Shown: in pieces, positions 28,631 through 44,169 of the stretch
Position numbering within the stretch: the stretch's first letter is position 1
How the letters are laid out: every line of letters starts with the position of its first letter
Source: Eledone cirrhosa
Lineage: Eukaryota
Assembly: GCA_964016885.1 (NCBI GenBank)
Contig: OZ024746.1
Span: 85,312,001-85,376,000 of the forward strand
Length of the DNA stretch: 64,000 bases
Direction: 5' to 3'
Translations under genes and position numbers: made by a program
The notes under the pieces: model-generated
Told to the model about the DNA's origin: nothing
Databases searched by the model: none
Seen by the model: only the letters and a program-made list of their open reading frames with translations

Positions 28631-29399
28631 CTATTCTTCTATTCTTGTCTTCTTTGTTTTTTCTGACTTCTTTCTCCTCTATTTTCTGATTTATCTTCTC
28701 TTTGTTCCTTTTTTTTTTTTTTGCTTTGGAGGTTTTTTTTGTTGTTGTTGTTGTTTTTTTTTTTTTTGTTCCTGTGTGTTTTTGCTTACTAAAAAAACAC
28801 AATTGACGTTTAGATATTATTCTTTAATAATCAGGATAAAAGAGTTTTGAAGATTTTCTGCTTTCGGGATATATTTTACTTTTACTTTTAATCTGTTCTT
28901 ATTTCAATTTAGTTTGTTTTGTTTGTTTGAGGAGAAGAGTAAAGGTGAGGGTCTCGGTGTGGAAGGATGTGGTAGTTCTTATTTATTCATTTAGGTTTGT
29001 TCATAATCCTTTGAAACTAGGAATACCAAAAGATCACGTATCAGATATGAATAATGTATTTAACTACATGTATATGTGGTGGGGGTATACATATATGTAT
29101 ATATAGATGTGTGTGTGTACATATATATATATATATATATATACATACATGCATAAGTACATGTATACATATGTATGTACTTACATACATATATATACAC
29201 ACACACACGCATATGTATGTACGAGGGGGCGGGACATGGAAAGAGATGAAGCAGACAAACAAATTGGCGAGTCGATGGACTAATGAGCAGCCAACCATGA
29301 GGTCGCTGGTTCGCAACCTGTCAAACGCAGTTTGTTGTCCGGTAGTAATTGAGATGCTATTGTTATTATAGAGTCCTCAAACCCTCCTTCCAACGGGTC

Positions 29400-29805
29400 C
29401 TGTCATTAGCAACCGTCTCTAACTGATCCGGCAGGACCTCCAAGTGAGACCTGCCAAGCTCATGGGTGGTATCCAACCATCTTGCTCTGGGTCTACCCCT
29501 GGGTCTCCTGCCGGTTTGTTTTGCCCATAAAATCTATCCAGTGATTCTTTCCTGAGACGTTCTAGCCACATGTCCATAGTATCGGAGCTGTGATCTCTCA
29601 ATTGGGAGAAGTAGCGGCTCTACCTGGAGTAACTCCCTGATATCCGAGCTACACACTCTATCCCGTAACGTTACTTCAAAGGCCCTTCGGAGGAACCCCA
29701 TTTCGGCCGCTTGTATTCGCGATGATATTCTTTCGGCCGTTACCTAAGATTCATAACCATAGGTAAGGGTTGGCACGAATACCGAATTGAAGATAGTGCG
29801 TTTGG
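29400..29805 (-). mobile_element. RTE-clade (Expander/Rex3-like) LINE 3' fragment
   Basis: Minus-strand translation FVPTLTYGYES...RIQAAEMGFLRR...EPLLLPIERSQLRYYGHVAR...RRPRGRPRARW. Confidence 0.85.
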
Positions 29806-30352
29806 CTCAACAACAACCACCAACACGTTAACAATTGCTAGCAAAACATTTGATCCTCGTCATCACACTCAGTTATTACCTTCACCAACACCACCGTTCA
29901 CCAACCACCACCTCCACTACCACAACTCGACTCTTAAGTAAAACCATCCGCTCACACCACTCCACTCCACTCCACTTCACACTCCACCCATCCTCCACCT
30001 TATCACCATAATTGGATTGATGTCACCAAATGCTTAAGAAACGCGCTGTCGCTTGCTTTGCTTGCTTTGCTTGCTTTGCTTGCTTTGCTTGCTTGCTTGG
30101 TCGGGCTGTAGCTAGCTTAGCTGGAGGGCTTTTTGCCTAGATTAGCTTTCCCCTATTTAATCTATAGTTTTGTTTTAATCGCTAATGACTGAGTGTTAAT
30201 AGCATTGATCGGAGGCGTGTGAATGTTTTAAGGTGGGGGTAATCATATGGCTTTTCCAACCGAGCTTTTACGTAGCTATCAATACATAAATTAACCTCTC
30301 GCTACGCTAGATCGGCTGAATCGAGCACAGACCTTGATAACCTTTAAAGTCA

Positions 30353-30460
<108 letters not shown>

Positions 30461-30699
30461 TTGTGTGTAGATTTATTTATGGAGGCAATTCCGGCAGTTC
30501 TGCTATTGTGGGCGAGGGTTAACTATTTCTATGTCTCTCTATAATTTCTATGTATCTCTTTCGTAACCACTCTTTTCCTCTGTTTATCATTCTCACACCC
30601 TCTCTTCCTCTCTATATGTATGTGTGCATCATTGGCACAAGATCACAAATGAGTAAGGGAGCGCTATTTGTGTATTCATATATGTATGTATTTGTATGT

Positions 30700-30794
<95 letters not shown>

Positions 30795-30796
30795 CT

Positions 30797-30895
30797 TAAT
30801 GCATTGCCTGCGGTTAGATAAGAACCCTTGAACCCAGTGTACAGGAGTCAAGTTACTGTATCCAATCTGCCATAGCACCATTAACCAGATTTATT
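30797..30895 (-). mobile_element. CR1/L2/Jockey-type RT micro-fragment
   Basis: HWVQGFLSNRRQCIKI matches the W...FL.NR.Q.V RT motif. Confidence 0.55.
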
Positions 30896-30973
30896 CAAGA
30901 CACTATACTCCTGTCAACAGAAAAAAAACAATTAAGGGTGTAAAAGAAGAAGAAGAAGAAGAAGAAGAAGAAG

Positions 30974-31004
<31 letters not shown>

Positions 31005-32256
31005 GTGTGTGTGTATGTTTGTTGTAAGATCAACAACAATTATAAACAGCAAAAATAAATACAAAAATCACAGTACAGTATTATTAGTTTAACGCTAAAA
31101 TGAAAAAGGAAATAAGAGAGTGTATTTGACGTTTAGAACGTTAGTCCTTCATTAGAAGACTCTGAACAGAACAGAGAACAAGAGGGGCTATGTGTGTATA
31201 TATATATATATATAGGGGGGGGGGTGAGAAGAAGAAGAAGAAGAAGAAGAAGAAGAAGAAGAAGAAGAAGAAGAAGAAGAAGAAGAAAGGAGTGAGAAAG
31301 ATTATAGGATAGACAAAAGCTAAAGCAGAATCTTTTATTTTACATTGCAACACTTATACTATGATACTAGGATATACTGTATTTTATGGAGAGGAAAGAG
31401 GCTGGAAAGAGGCTGGAAAGAGGCTGGTGTGAATGGAATATGAAGTGGTGAAATGCTTTGTTTGTGTTACTGAGAAATTTCCCGCTATACAGTAGAGAAT
31501 ATTTCGTAGGATTCCGTGGAGTTCATGATTTTCTAGTGGAACAATACTCGATGTTATTGTTGTAAAATGATTTCATACAAGAATTGTAATCGCATCGCTG
31601 TTTGGGTCAACTGACAGGCGAACGATTTAGTCACATTTAAAACATCTTAATGATATTGAGAGAAGTATGTAACATCGCAAATTCCAGCTTGGGTATAGAA
31701 TAAAACAATTGTCGTTCCACTTTCATCTGAAGTCAATGAAATATTCTCGTCAATGGACTATTCTTGTAAAATCTAAAAATTCACTTGGCGTGACTTTAAA
31801 ATGTTTTTGTATTCTAATGGCTCGTATATTAACCTAGCCGAACTAATATGCCTGTAGACTGTGGCTGGAAACCTCGGGTATGGGATGTGGGTAAATCGAA
31901 GTATCTTATTTTGAAATAAATGCTGTAAGGCAGGTTCGAACCGACTCAACAGAGCTTACCAATAACATACATTGCCTGAATCCCTATGCAGTACTTCACT
32001 CCATTCCAAAAGACTTAATTTAACCACTAAATAGTGAGCTTAACGAATCAATTTTGAACCTCTTTTTTTTATCATATAAAACCATTGGGCTATATAAAAC
32101 GGTTTTATTTAAGACACTGAAAAGATCTCTGATCAGTTCAGTTGACAATAATGCAGATTCTGAATGGAAGTGGGTGAGTAAATTATGAATTGACGTACAA
32201 ACTAGAAAAACGACATGCTGTTTGGTAATGGTGGCAATGATTCCAGATAAAATAAT

Positions 32257-32584
32257 TGTTTCTACTTTTGGCACAAGGCCAGCAATTATCCCAGTGCATT
32301 ACTGGTACTTTATTTTATCGACCCCGTAAGGATGAAAGGCAAAGTTAACTTCGGCGGGATAGAATAATGGTTTCCGATATAGGCACAAGGCTAGCAATTT
32401 TGAGGAGGGAGGTGGTAGATTAAATCGACACCAGTACGTGACAGGTACTTTATTTTATCGACCCAGTAAGGATGAAAGGCAAAGCTAACCTCGGTAGGAT
32501 TTGAACTCAGAATGTAAAGGGCTGTAACTCTATGCCGCGAAGAAGGGTGTCTAATGCTCTATCGATTCTGCCAATTTACCGCCC
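32257..32584 (-). mobile_element. Composite SINE (full plus partial) within one TSD
   Basis: TTCCAGATAAAATAAT at 32241-32256 and 32585-32600. Confidence 0.85.
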
Positions 32585-32897
32585 TTCCAGATAAAATAAT
32601 GTCTAATGAGAAGGTGCAACCAAACAGTAATGTATTTAAAAATACATTAAACTCAGTTAAGAAGGTAACAGACAAATAACTAACAGAACTATGAATCTAG
32701 AATGAGAGTTATATAGAACATACGACTTATAACACAACATTAAAAACCAGAGTCCGAGGAAACTAGTAATGGACAACGCCGGGGAGAATTATGTAATAAC
32801 AATCATAAATTTAGATAAGTCCATATGTTGTCTAGAAAAGTGAAGTTCGACGTTTCAAGCAAACCTTTTCGTCGTACAAGTGATTACTTTCTCTCTA

Positions 32898-32936
<39 letters not shown>

Positions 32937-32979
32937 CTATCCCTCCTCTCTCACCCTATCCCTCCCCCCTCTTTCTTTC

Positions 32980-33010
<31 letters not shown>

Positions 33011-33212
33011 CTCTTTCTCTCTTTCTCTCTCTCTCTCTCAAGCTATCCCGCCTCTCTCACCCTATTCCTCCCTACTCTCTCTCTCTCTCTCAAACTGTCC
33101 CTCCTCTCTCACCCTATTCCTCCCTACTCTCTCTGTCTCTCTCTTTCTCTCCCTCTTTCTCTCTTTCTCTCTGTCTCTCTCTTTCTCTCTCTCTCTTTCT
33201 CTCTTTCTCTCT

Positions 33213-33308
<96 letters not shown>

Positions 33309-33823
33309 GATCTTTGATAGCAACTTCCAAAGTATCTCTACTTTAAGTTCTTCTATAACCATGATCTCTATTGTCACCATCACCATCACCATCACCATCA
33401 CCATCACCATCACCACCACCATCACCACAACCAGAAGTATACAGTATATGAATGAATGAAACTGTTTCATACACCGTTTCCTTTGATTAGAATAAATTTA
33501 TGGATGAAAAATATATTATTTTTGAAAAGTAAATCAAAAATAAATAAATAAACTGCATAAACAAACAAATAAATAAACAAACAAATAAATAAACAAACAA
33601 ATAAATAAACAAACAAATAAATAAACAAATGAATAAATAAATAATACAGCAATAATGAAACATTACACAATATCTGTTAACCGTATGTTGGCACGTTCGA
33701 AGACTCACTAAAACTCTAATGTGCCTGCGTGTGTGTATATGTATGTATTCATGTACTTGTGTGTGTCTGCATGTATGTGTGTGTGTGTGTGTGTGTGCTT
33801 ATGTGTGTGTGCGTGTGTGTTTA

Positions 33824-33857
<34 letters not shown>

Positions 33858-34348
33858 TGTGCGTGTGTGTTTATGTGTGTGTGTGTGTGTTATGTATATA
33901 ATTGTACGCTTATGTTTGTGCCTGCGTGCATGTGTATATTTATGAATATATATGTATATATATATATATATATATGCGTGTGTGTGTGTGTATGCGTATG
34001 CGTGTGCATGTGTGCGTGTGCATGTGTGTGTGTGTGTCTATAATACCTGCAGACGTCTGTGTGTCTATATAGTTCCGACAGACGTCTCATGCAACCGTCC
34101 AGATATAATGCCTTGCAGCTAACAACGAAGAACAAGCAACGAGAAAGGAACTGCGAGCGGAAAGCGAAAATGACTCCGTCCTTGATTCAGGGAAAACGGC
34201 TTAAGATATTTTCCTGTTTTCCAAGAAGATCTAATTAGTAATTTAGTAATTTATCAGAGTTAACTGATGTAACAAAAGTTGCAAAGGTTGGTAAAGGAGG
34301 GTTGGAGGGACTGAAAGGTGGCAGAGAGAGAAAGAGACAGATGTATAC

Positions 34349-34456
<108 letters not shown>

Positions 34457-34498
34457 TGAGAGAGAGAGAGTGATAGAGACAGGCAGACAGTCAGAAAC

Positions 34499-34545
<47 letters not shown>

Positions 34546-34550
34546 GTGTG

Positions 34551-34610
<60 letters not shown>

Positions 34611-34637
34611 CGGACAAAGAGAGAAGGAGACAGACGG

Positions 34638-34730
<93 letters not shown>

Positions 34731-35807
34731 TACAGACATTCAGACAGACAAACAGAGACAGAGACATTCAGAGAGAGGTGGAGAAGATGAGAAAGGGTGA
34801 GAGGAGAGAAGATGAGGGAGAAGAGAAAATGAGAAGAAAGATAAATGATGATAGAGATATGAGAGAAGAGCGCCGAGTTGAACGCCGTCTTACAACTGCT
34901 ACGAGAGTTTTAAAGTAAAAACAATAACACTAAAACTACGTATAATCCTTATATCAGTACATTAAGTGTTGAGTTGTTTAGTTTCGGGGTTTGTTCTATT
35001 ATTTTTATTTTATTTTTTTTAATTATTTAATTATTTATTCATTCATTTTGTTCTTTGATTTTTGTTTTGTTTTGTTTTTTTGTTTGTTTTTTTTTTGTTT
35101 TGGGGATTTTGGGTTTTGTGTTTTTATTTATTTATTTGTTTTGTTTTTGATCTTTGAAAGATTTTGTTTTTGTTTTTGTCTTTATTTATTTATTTATTTA
35201 TTTATTTATTATTATTTTTTGTTTGTTTTTCACGGATTACATCTGTCGTCATTTGTGTTGTAACTGTGTATAAACAAATATTTAAATGAAGGGGGGGAGG
35301 TAGAGGGAAGGGATGAATAAAGGAAGGAAGGAAGGAAGGAAGGTAGGAAGGAAGAAAGGTAGAGAGGAAGAAGGAAGGAAAGAAAGGAGGGAGGAGGAAG
35401 GTAAGAAGAAAGGAAGGAAAAAATGAAAGAAGGGAGGAACGAAGGTAGGTAGGATGGGAGGGAGGGAGCAAAGGAAGGTAGAAAGAAAGAAAGGAGGGAG
35501 AAAGGAAGAGAAGAATGAAAGAAGGAAGGAAGGGAGGAAGGAAGAAAGAAGGAAGGAGTAAATGAATGAAAGAGTGAATGAATAAGTAAATGATTGAATG
35601 AGTGAATTGGTGAATGGATGAGTAAATAAATAAATATATAACAGAATGAAGGAAAGAAGAAAATGAATGAGTAAATGAATAATTTAAAGAATAATTAAAC
35701 AAACAATTAAATGAAAGAATGAATATAATTGAATGAAAGAACGAATAAGTAAAGGATTGAATGATGAATGAGTGGAGAAAGGAATATATAATAAAATGAA
35801 TGAAGAA

Positions 35808-36117
35808 ATGGGTAAATGAAGGAATGAGTGAATAAATGGGTAAATGAAAGAATGAGTGAATAAATGGGTAAATGAAGGAATGAGTGAATAAATGGGTAAA
35901 TGAAGTAATGAGTGAATAAATGGGAAAATGAAGGAATGAGTGAATAAATGGGTAAATGAAGGAATGAGTGAATAAATGGGTAAATGAAGGAATGAGTGAA
36001 TAAATGGGTAAATGAAGGAATGAGTGAATAAATGGGAAAATGAAGGAATGAGTGAATAAATGGGTAAATGAAGGAATGAGTGAATAAATGGGTAAATGAA
36101 GGAATGAGTGAATAAAT
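35808..36117. repeat. 28-bp minisatellite
   Basis: About 11 copies of AAATGGGTAAATGAAGGAATGAGTGAAT. Confidence 0.92.
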
Positions 36118-36543
36118 ATATAATTGAATGAAGGATGGAAGGGAATCTAGGAATGAGAAAATGAATAACTAAATAATTGAATGAAAGATCGAATGAATAA
36201 GTCAATGAGTGAGTAATTATACAATAGAATGAATAAAAAAAAAGGAAGCAATCAAAGATTAAATGAATGAATGAATATATATATATAATAGAATGAACGA
36301 AAGAAGGAAAATATCACTGAATGAGTAAATGAACGAATGGGGGAATAAATAAATAAATAAATAGATAAAGAAAGAATGAAGCAGGGAAGGAAGGAAAACA
36401 AATAATTAAATGAGTGAATGAATTAATAAATAAATAATTGATTGAAAGAATGAATCAATAAGGAAATGGTTGAACGAGTGAAGAACTTATTAAATCAATA
36501 TATAATCGAATGATTAGAAGAGGGTAGGGATTACATTATTGAT

Positions 36544-37140
<597 letters not shown>

Positions 37141-37583
37141 TGAAGACTGGTTATATTTGGGATTATGGTGATTGCGGGATGTAAGATGCTAATGGTAGCA
37201 GTGTTAATGGAGGTAGCGTTGATAGTAATGATAGAGATAGCTTTATTATAGGAGAGGGGGGGGGGCTTGATGAGGTCTGAGCTGAGAGACACTATTTTTT
37301 TCTTTTATTATTATCATTGTTGTTGTTAGTGTTGTTATTTTTCTTGTATTATTTTTGTTGTTTGTTTATATGTCGCTTTTTGTTTCGATGTGTCTAATTG
37401 ATAAAATGTAAAGGAAAACAGCGCCATATTAGCAGTTAGACACAACATTCTTGCCGAAATGGTAAGAAAAATTGTTAGACATTTTTTTGTGGTTCCATGA
37501 TAAGTGCCGAGATTAACTGCTGTATATAACATCACTATTTCCTAAGTTTGTGGTTTTCAGTCCATGTATTAGTGTTGTTGTTA

Positions 37584-37657
<74 letters not shown>

Positions 37658-37816
37658 GCGCACACGCACGCACATACACTCACACACTCACACACAAACA
37701 CACACACACGCATACACACATATACATGTGTGTGTGTGTGTGTGTGTAGACACACGGGACTCCTTTTTTTTCAAATTGATATGTTTTATCTTACACCTCC
37801 ACGTTGGTCTATCTTT

Positions 37817-37942
<126 letters not shown>

Positions 37943-38184
37943 TTTTTAGTTGCAGGCTATGGGTTAGTTGCAAATCTGCTATTATTTGAAAATAGTCGTA
38001 AAGACTACTGGTCCTTTGGCCAGTCGTTACTGTCCCTTGTGCACTAGACCCAGTTGTATCGACTTTAAAGAGCCGAAACTACGGTTGACTGATGAGATGG
38101 CACTACATTCTGTATTTGTTCATTTTCCTGTCTTCGCCTATATTTTTTATTCATTCGTATGTTTTTAGCAATGCGGGACTCTTT

Positions 38185-38257
<73 letters not shown>

Positions 38258-38414
38258 TATATATATATAAATATATATAGTGGTAAAACACTGGTGGTTT
38301 ATATATAACAATATTAACGAAGCTCTTTAGTATAAATACACCGTCCTTCAGCCAACGTCTAGCTCATTCAACAAATTGCAGTTGTCATTACTTCCTATTA
38401 TTGTTATTATTTAG

Positions 38415-38550
38415 GTCTTACGCCAAAGACGGACGAGTCGCAATGATTACATTCGTATCATTTTCGAAGCAGATGAGGATGGTTTATCAACAGGATATTT
38501 CAACGAGTGATGACATGAGGATGGATTTATTTGAAAACCTACCACATAAG
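38415..38550 (+). CDS. Candidate internal exon, VWA-domain (CLCA-like) peptide
   Basis: ttatttag| acceptor and AAG|gtacca donor. Open frame SYAKDGRVAMITFVSFSKQMRMVYQQDISTSDDMRMDLFENLPHK resembles the VWA beta-B/helix region of CLCA proteins (by-eye comparison). Confidence 0.4.
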
Positions 38551-38708
38551 GTACCAATGAATGTCAGCCAAGTCTCTATAATTGTCAGCCAAATTATTTT
38601 TAAAAAGGACACATTAGATAATATGAACGTTGATGCGTTAGTTCGTAATAAAAGACGAGATGGTCACGGCTGCAATATTTTATAAGAGCTAACTTGTGGC
38701 TAAATAAT

Positions 38709-38847
38709 GGTTTCTGCTTTAGGCACAAGGCCAACAATTTGGAGGGAGGGGACGTGGAATAAATCAACCCCAGTGTATTACTGGTATTTTATTTTATCGA
38801 CCCTGTAAGAATGAAAAGCAAAGTTAACCTTGGCGGGATTTGAACTC
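38709..38847 (-). mobile_element. 5'-truncated SINE with 17-bp TSD
   Basis: ACTTGTGGCTAAATAAT at 38692-38708 and 38848-38864. Confidence 0.87.
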
Positions 38848-39892
38848 ACTTGTGGCTAAATAATAACAATTATAACTCTCGGTGTGTGAGATGAAGTAAT
38901 ATAAAGGGCCAATAATTATATAAAGGGCCAATAACTGATTCTGAGAAGCTATACGCGAGGTAACTGGCTGGCCAACGCTACGAACTGTATTTATATTCGA
39001 GTGTAACAACTTCATTCGTTCTTGGTTGATGCGTTCTGGCAACAGTCTGTGATTACTTCCAGTTGTGTGAACTTGAGAGAACTGATGATGTTGATAAAGA
39101 TCGAAGACAAAGGAGAAAGAGATCATTTTAGGCTCATTTTAGGCTCATAACTCTGCGAAGGAGTCTCTACGTGGTCAATCGATCTCTTAGAAATAGCAAC
39201 CAACTCTCCCTTAAATCACACCTTAAAAGAGAAGTCACTGGATAGTGTGATTCTAGGTTCCCTTCACGCATATAAAAAAACGTAATGGCAACAACTGAAC
39301 TGCTTTTGATCATTGGTCTGCTTAATCAGAGTTAACCTAGGGCTAAACAGCAACAACAACAACAACCAGGTGAATTTGCTTAGGTATTCAGTAGACCATG
39401 AGTCTCAATTAGTGCTGTTAATGAAAGTTGGTGCAGCAAACGGTCGGTGTATTGTATGGGTGGGGATGGGCCAGGTTACTTGACCTGACTACGCCTTAGG
39501 AGGGTGGTTAAGTTCAATGCTAGAGATCGATATGACTAATTGATCGGTTATTAGCACCTGACATTGAAACTGCTACTTAGATCATTTCACACATCACCAC
39601 TGTCATTACCCTGCTTTTACTACCTCCACCACCGCACCACTTTTACTACCACCGCTAACATCACTACATTTAACATTACGAGTCAAATAGAAAGCCTTTA
39701 AATGGGAGCTTAAACTGCTAGAAATAGCAGCCAAACCTCTCTTAAATCACACCTAGTAGAAAAAAGAAGGGGATTGTCACAGTTGGAGTGCCAACAAGTA
39801 TAGGTCCTCCCTGGGTCTAAACAACAATAACATCATTATGAATATTGCCATCATTACCATTACTACTATATAAATATATAGTAGTATTGGTA

Positions 39893-39937
39893 TTCCTGAT
39901 GATTTCTTTTGAATGAAACAGTTCTAGACCTGTAGAA
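39893..39937 (+). ncRNA. Type I hammerhead ribozyme (family C)
   Basis: TTC-CTGATGA-tTTC tttt GAAt-GAAA-CAG ttctagac CTG-TA-GAA. Homologous to 53314-53368; stem I shortened. Confidence 0.7.
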
Positions 39938-39953
39938 GCCATTTCTATAATAA

Positions 39954-39999
<46 letters not shown>

Positions 40000-40007
<8 letters not shown>

Positions 40008-40283
40008 TAAACGGAATAGAAAATGCTGACAAATTGTTCACAGTTGAAAAATGGTTTAATTGGGAATAAAAGAGTATTAGTGATTGTATGGGTTAGTATT
40101 CAGTTGTGGTTTTAAGTTTTTAAGTTTTTACCAGTTGCGCATTTCTAAATGCTTTTCAAAAATAATTTTGAGATAGAGTGTCCGTGCTTAAAACCACAAC
40201 TGAATACTAACCCATACAATCACTAATACTCTTTTATTCCTAATTAAACCATTTTTCAACTGTGAACAATTTGTCAGCATTTT
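40000..40283. repeat. Fold-back inverted repeat flanked by TA
   Basis: Near-identical arms of about 100-115 bp (40000-40116 / 40187-40283) with a ~70 bp spacer. Confidence 0.85.
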
Positions 40284-40356
40284 CTATTCCGTTTACCAAT
40301 ATATAATAACTTGTGTGTTACACCTCTATTCTTTTAACTATATATATATATATATG

Positions 40357-40640
40357 ACAATGTATGACGCCGACAGCAGAGCTCAAGCTGTTTCGACGGC
40401 TATGTCTGGACTCGGAACTCCAGAAATAGCCGTCGAAACGGCTTGAGCTCTGCCGTCGGGGTCATACATTTTCCTATTACCCACTCTACTATCCTAAGTA
40501 TTGAGTGTTCTGGTGCGTTATGGTCCATCTGGTTCCTTACCACAACTCCTTCGTTATATATATATATATATATATATATGGTCCAGATGGACCATAACGC
40601 ACCAGAGTACTCAATACTTAGGGTAGTAGAGTGGGTAATA
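40357..40640. mobile_element. Family D element with half-hammerhead fold-back
   Basis: Palindrome about 40361-40468 with GAAA-CGGC...GCCG-TC-GGGGTC on the right arm. The tail is re-inverted at 40578-40640. Relatives at 7250-7400, 24449-24587 and 52327-53036. Confidence 0.7.
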
Positions 40641-40650
40641 AACGGCAGAG

Positions 40651-40690
<40 letters not shown>

Positions 40691-41029
40691 AGAGGGGGTA
40701 TGTATATATATACATAGATAGATAGATACATAGATAGATAGATATTATTTAAGTAAAGAAACGTTGATTGATCAAATAAACTACCGACTTTAGTCATAAC
40801 AGACATAAAGCACTCTACGACTTGTGTGTGTATGTTACATAAGCATGACTTCTATCATTTTTTTTAGTTCTAGAATGTCCTGATAAGGATATTTAATTAT
40901 TACATTATACCCGGATTAATTTGTAGCCAATAATCATTGTAATTTAACATTGTAAAGCATAATTAAATTCTACCAATCTGCTATTGAGCGCTCCCCTTTC
41001 TTATATATGTTACACGTTACGCCCTTATC

Positions 41030-41069
<40 letters not shown>

Positions 41070-41071
41070 CG

Positions 41072-41268
41072 ATATCGGTAGAGCATCGGACAGTATAGTT
41101 ACGGCCCCCTTACGTTCTGAGTTCAAATGCCGGCGAGGTTAGCTTTGCTTTTCATCCTTACGGGGTCGATAAAATAAAGTACCAGTAATGCACTGAGGTA
41201 AATTTAATTGACTCCCCTCCCCCCTTCACTTCAAATTGCTGGCCTTGTGCTAAAAGTAAAAACAATTA
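41072..41268 (+). mobile_element. SINE (same family)
   Basis: B box, core and tail. Confidence 0.85.
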
Positions 41269-41503
41269 TCATAACTGCTGTTGTGTTTGTTACTGCTGCT
41301 GCTGCTGCTGCTGTTGTTATTATTGTCTTTCCTAATGCTTTTGTTGTTTTATTATTTGTGTTTATTTGCATGTTGCCTTTACAATTGCTTTACTTTGTGG
41401 TCGCTGTCAATCAGGTTTAATGGCGCCAGTTTACGCTTGTTATGGATATTACCCTTAATATAAAATTATATAGACATACACCCACATACACACACACATT
41501 CTC

Positions 41504-41581
<78 letters not shown>

Positions 41582-41633
41582 ATTCATATATATACATATA
41601 TAAATACACATTATATATATATATATGCAAATA

Positions 41634-41776
<143 letters not shown>

Positions 41777-41783
41777 CACACAC

Positions 41784-41829
<46 letters not shown>

Positions 41830-41861
41830 AATACCATATATATATATATATATATGTATGT

Positions 41862-41895
<34 letters not shown>

Positions 41896-41899
41896 ATAC

Positions 41900-41941
<42 letters not shown>

Positions 41942-42104
41942 TATATATACATATATATATATGCAAGCACACGCATACGCACGGGCGCGCACGGACATAT
42001 TGTCCTTTGGCTTGTTCTTGTAGTATTAGTTTAAGTAGTTTTGTTTTATATGTTGTCATCCATTATTAGCAAAATAGGAACCTGTTTATTTGCCTAAGAT
42101 ACTG

Positions 42105-42965
42105 ACCACTACACCACACTCCACCACACTCCACCACATCACCACTACACCACATCACCACTACACCACATCACCACTACACCACATCACCACTACACCA
42201 CATCACCACTACACCACATCACCACTACACCACATCACCACTACACCACACTCCACCACACTCCACCACATCACCACTACACCACATCACCACTACACCA
42301 CATCACCACTACACCACATCACCACTACACCACATCACCACTACACCACATCACCACTACACCACATCACCACTACACCACACTCCACCACACTCCACCA
42401 CATCACCACTACACCACATCACCACTACACCACATCACCACTACACCACATCACCACTACACCACATCACCACTACACCACATCACCACTACACCACATC
42501 ACCACTACACCACATCACCACTACACCACACTCCACCACACTCCACCACATCACCACTCCACCACATCACCACTACACCACATCACCACTACACCACATC
42601 ACCACTACACCACATCACCACTACACCACATCACCACTACACCACATCACCACTACACCACACTCCACCACACTCCACCACATCACCACTACACCACATC
42701 ACCACTACACCACATCACCACTACACAACATCACCACTACACCACATCACCACTACACCACACCACCATTACACCACATCACCACTACACCACATCACCA
42801 CTACACCACATCACCACTACACCACATCACCACTACACCACATCACCACTACACCACATCACCACTACACCACATCACCACTACACCACACCACCACTAC
42901 ACCACATCACCACTACACCACATCACCACTACACCACATCACCACTACACCACACCACCATTACA
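42105..42965. repeat. 16-bp minisatellite
   Basis: About 50 copies of ACCACATCACCACTAC. Confidence 0.95.
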
Positions 42966-43275
42966 GTTACAACACTAAAACACCTTAAGCTAATTCAGAC
43001 TAAACTATGAAACGGTCAATCATTTTTCAATGTTTCCTTTTGTCCAAGCGAAATCGATATTGTTTGTTGTTGTTGTTGTTGTTTTTATGTATTTTCTATT
43101 GCTATTGTTGCTGTTGTTGCTGTCGTCTTTGTTGTTGTTATTATTGTTTTTGTTGTTATTTTACCTTGTCATTGATTGTTCGTACTTGTTACAAAGCTCA
43201 GTTGAGGACAACCTCAATAGGTGAATAGTGGATATTACAAGAACATAAATCGCGAGTACGTTCATACACATACCC

Positions 43276-43341
<66 letters not shown>

Positions 43342-43439
43342 GCATATGTATACGCACGTATGTGCGTGTGAGTGTGTAATTGTGAACGTATATTTATATT
43401 TATATGTGTGTGTACGTATACACTTACACACACACATTT

Positions 43440-43491
<52 letters not shown>

Positions 43492-43584
43492 GTATATATA
43501 TGTGTATGTATATATAAATATATATATGTATGTATATATATGTGTGTATATACAAATATATATATATATGTATATGTATATATC

Positions 43585-43671
<87 letters not shown>

Positions 43672-44169
43672 ACATACATGTATACATATCACTTTATTAC
43701 CACACTGATCGACATATATACACTCATACACCTGTAGATCATAAACGCAGATAAAAGGCATATTTTCACTGAGACATTATGCTCTACCATAAAACATGAC
43801 TACATAAAAATGAATTCACACCTTCCTATATATGTGTGTGTGTGTGTGTGTGTGTACGTTTAAATGTGTGTGTACGTTTAAATGTGTGTGTACGTTTAAA
43901 TGTGTGAGAGAGAGAGAGAGCTAGGTGGAGAGTGTGTGAACCTATGTATATCTGTTAACACGAACACTATAGTGACATATACTAAGTGATCACAAACTGT
44001 GAGAAGGTTAATGTGTGTGTGTGTGTGTGCGTGTGCGTGTGTGTGTGTATGTGCATGCCTGCGTGTAAATATTAATAATGGGTTGGGTGACACCAATCAG
44101 TTTGTATACTATGTGTGTATATATATATATATATGTGTGTATATATATATATGTGTGTATATATATATA

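Noticed and set aside
35808-36117. CRISPR-like 28-bp repeats
   Set aside because: No spacers; pure tandem array in eukaryotic DNA.
42090-43010. 306-aa repetitive ORF
   Set aside because: 16-bp minisatellite; the unit length is not a multiple of 3.
43196-43225. AQLRTTSIG as the next VWA exon
   Set aside because: Splice phase is incompatible with 38415-38550 and a stop follows immediately.
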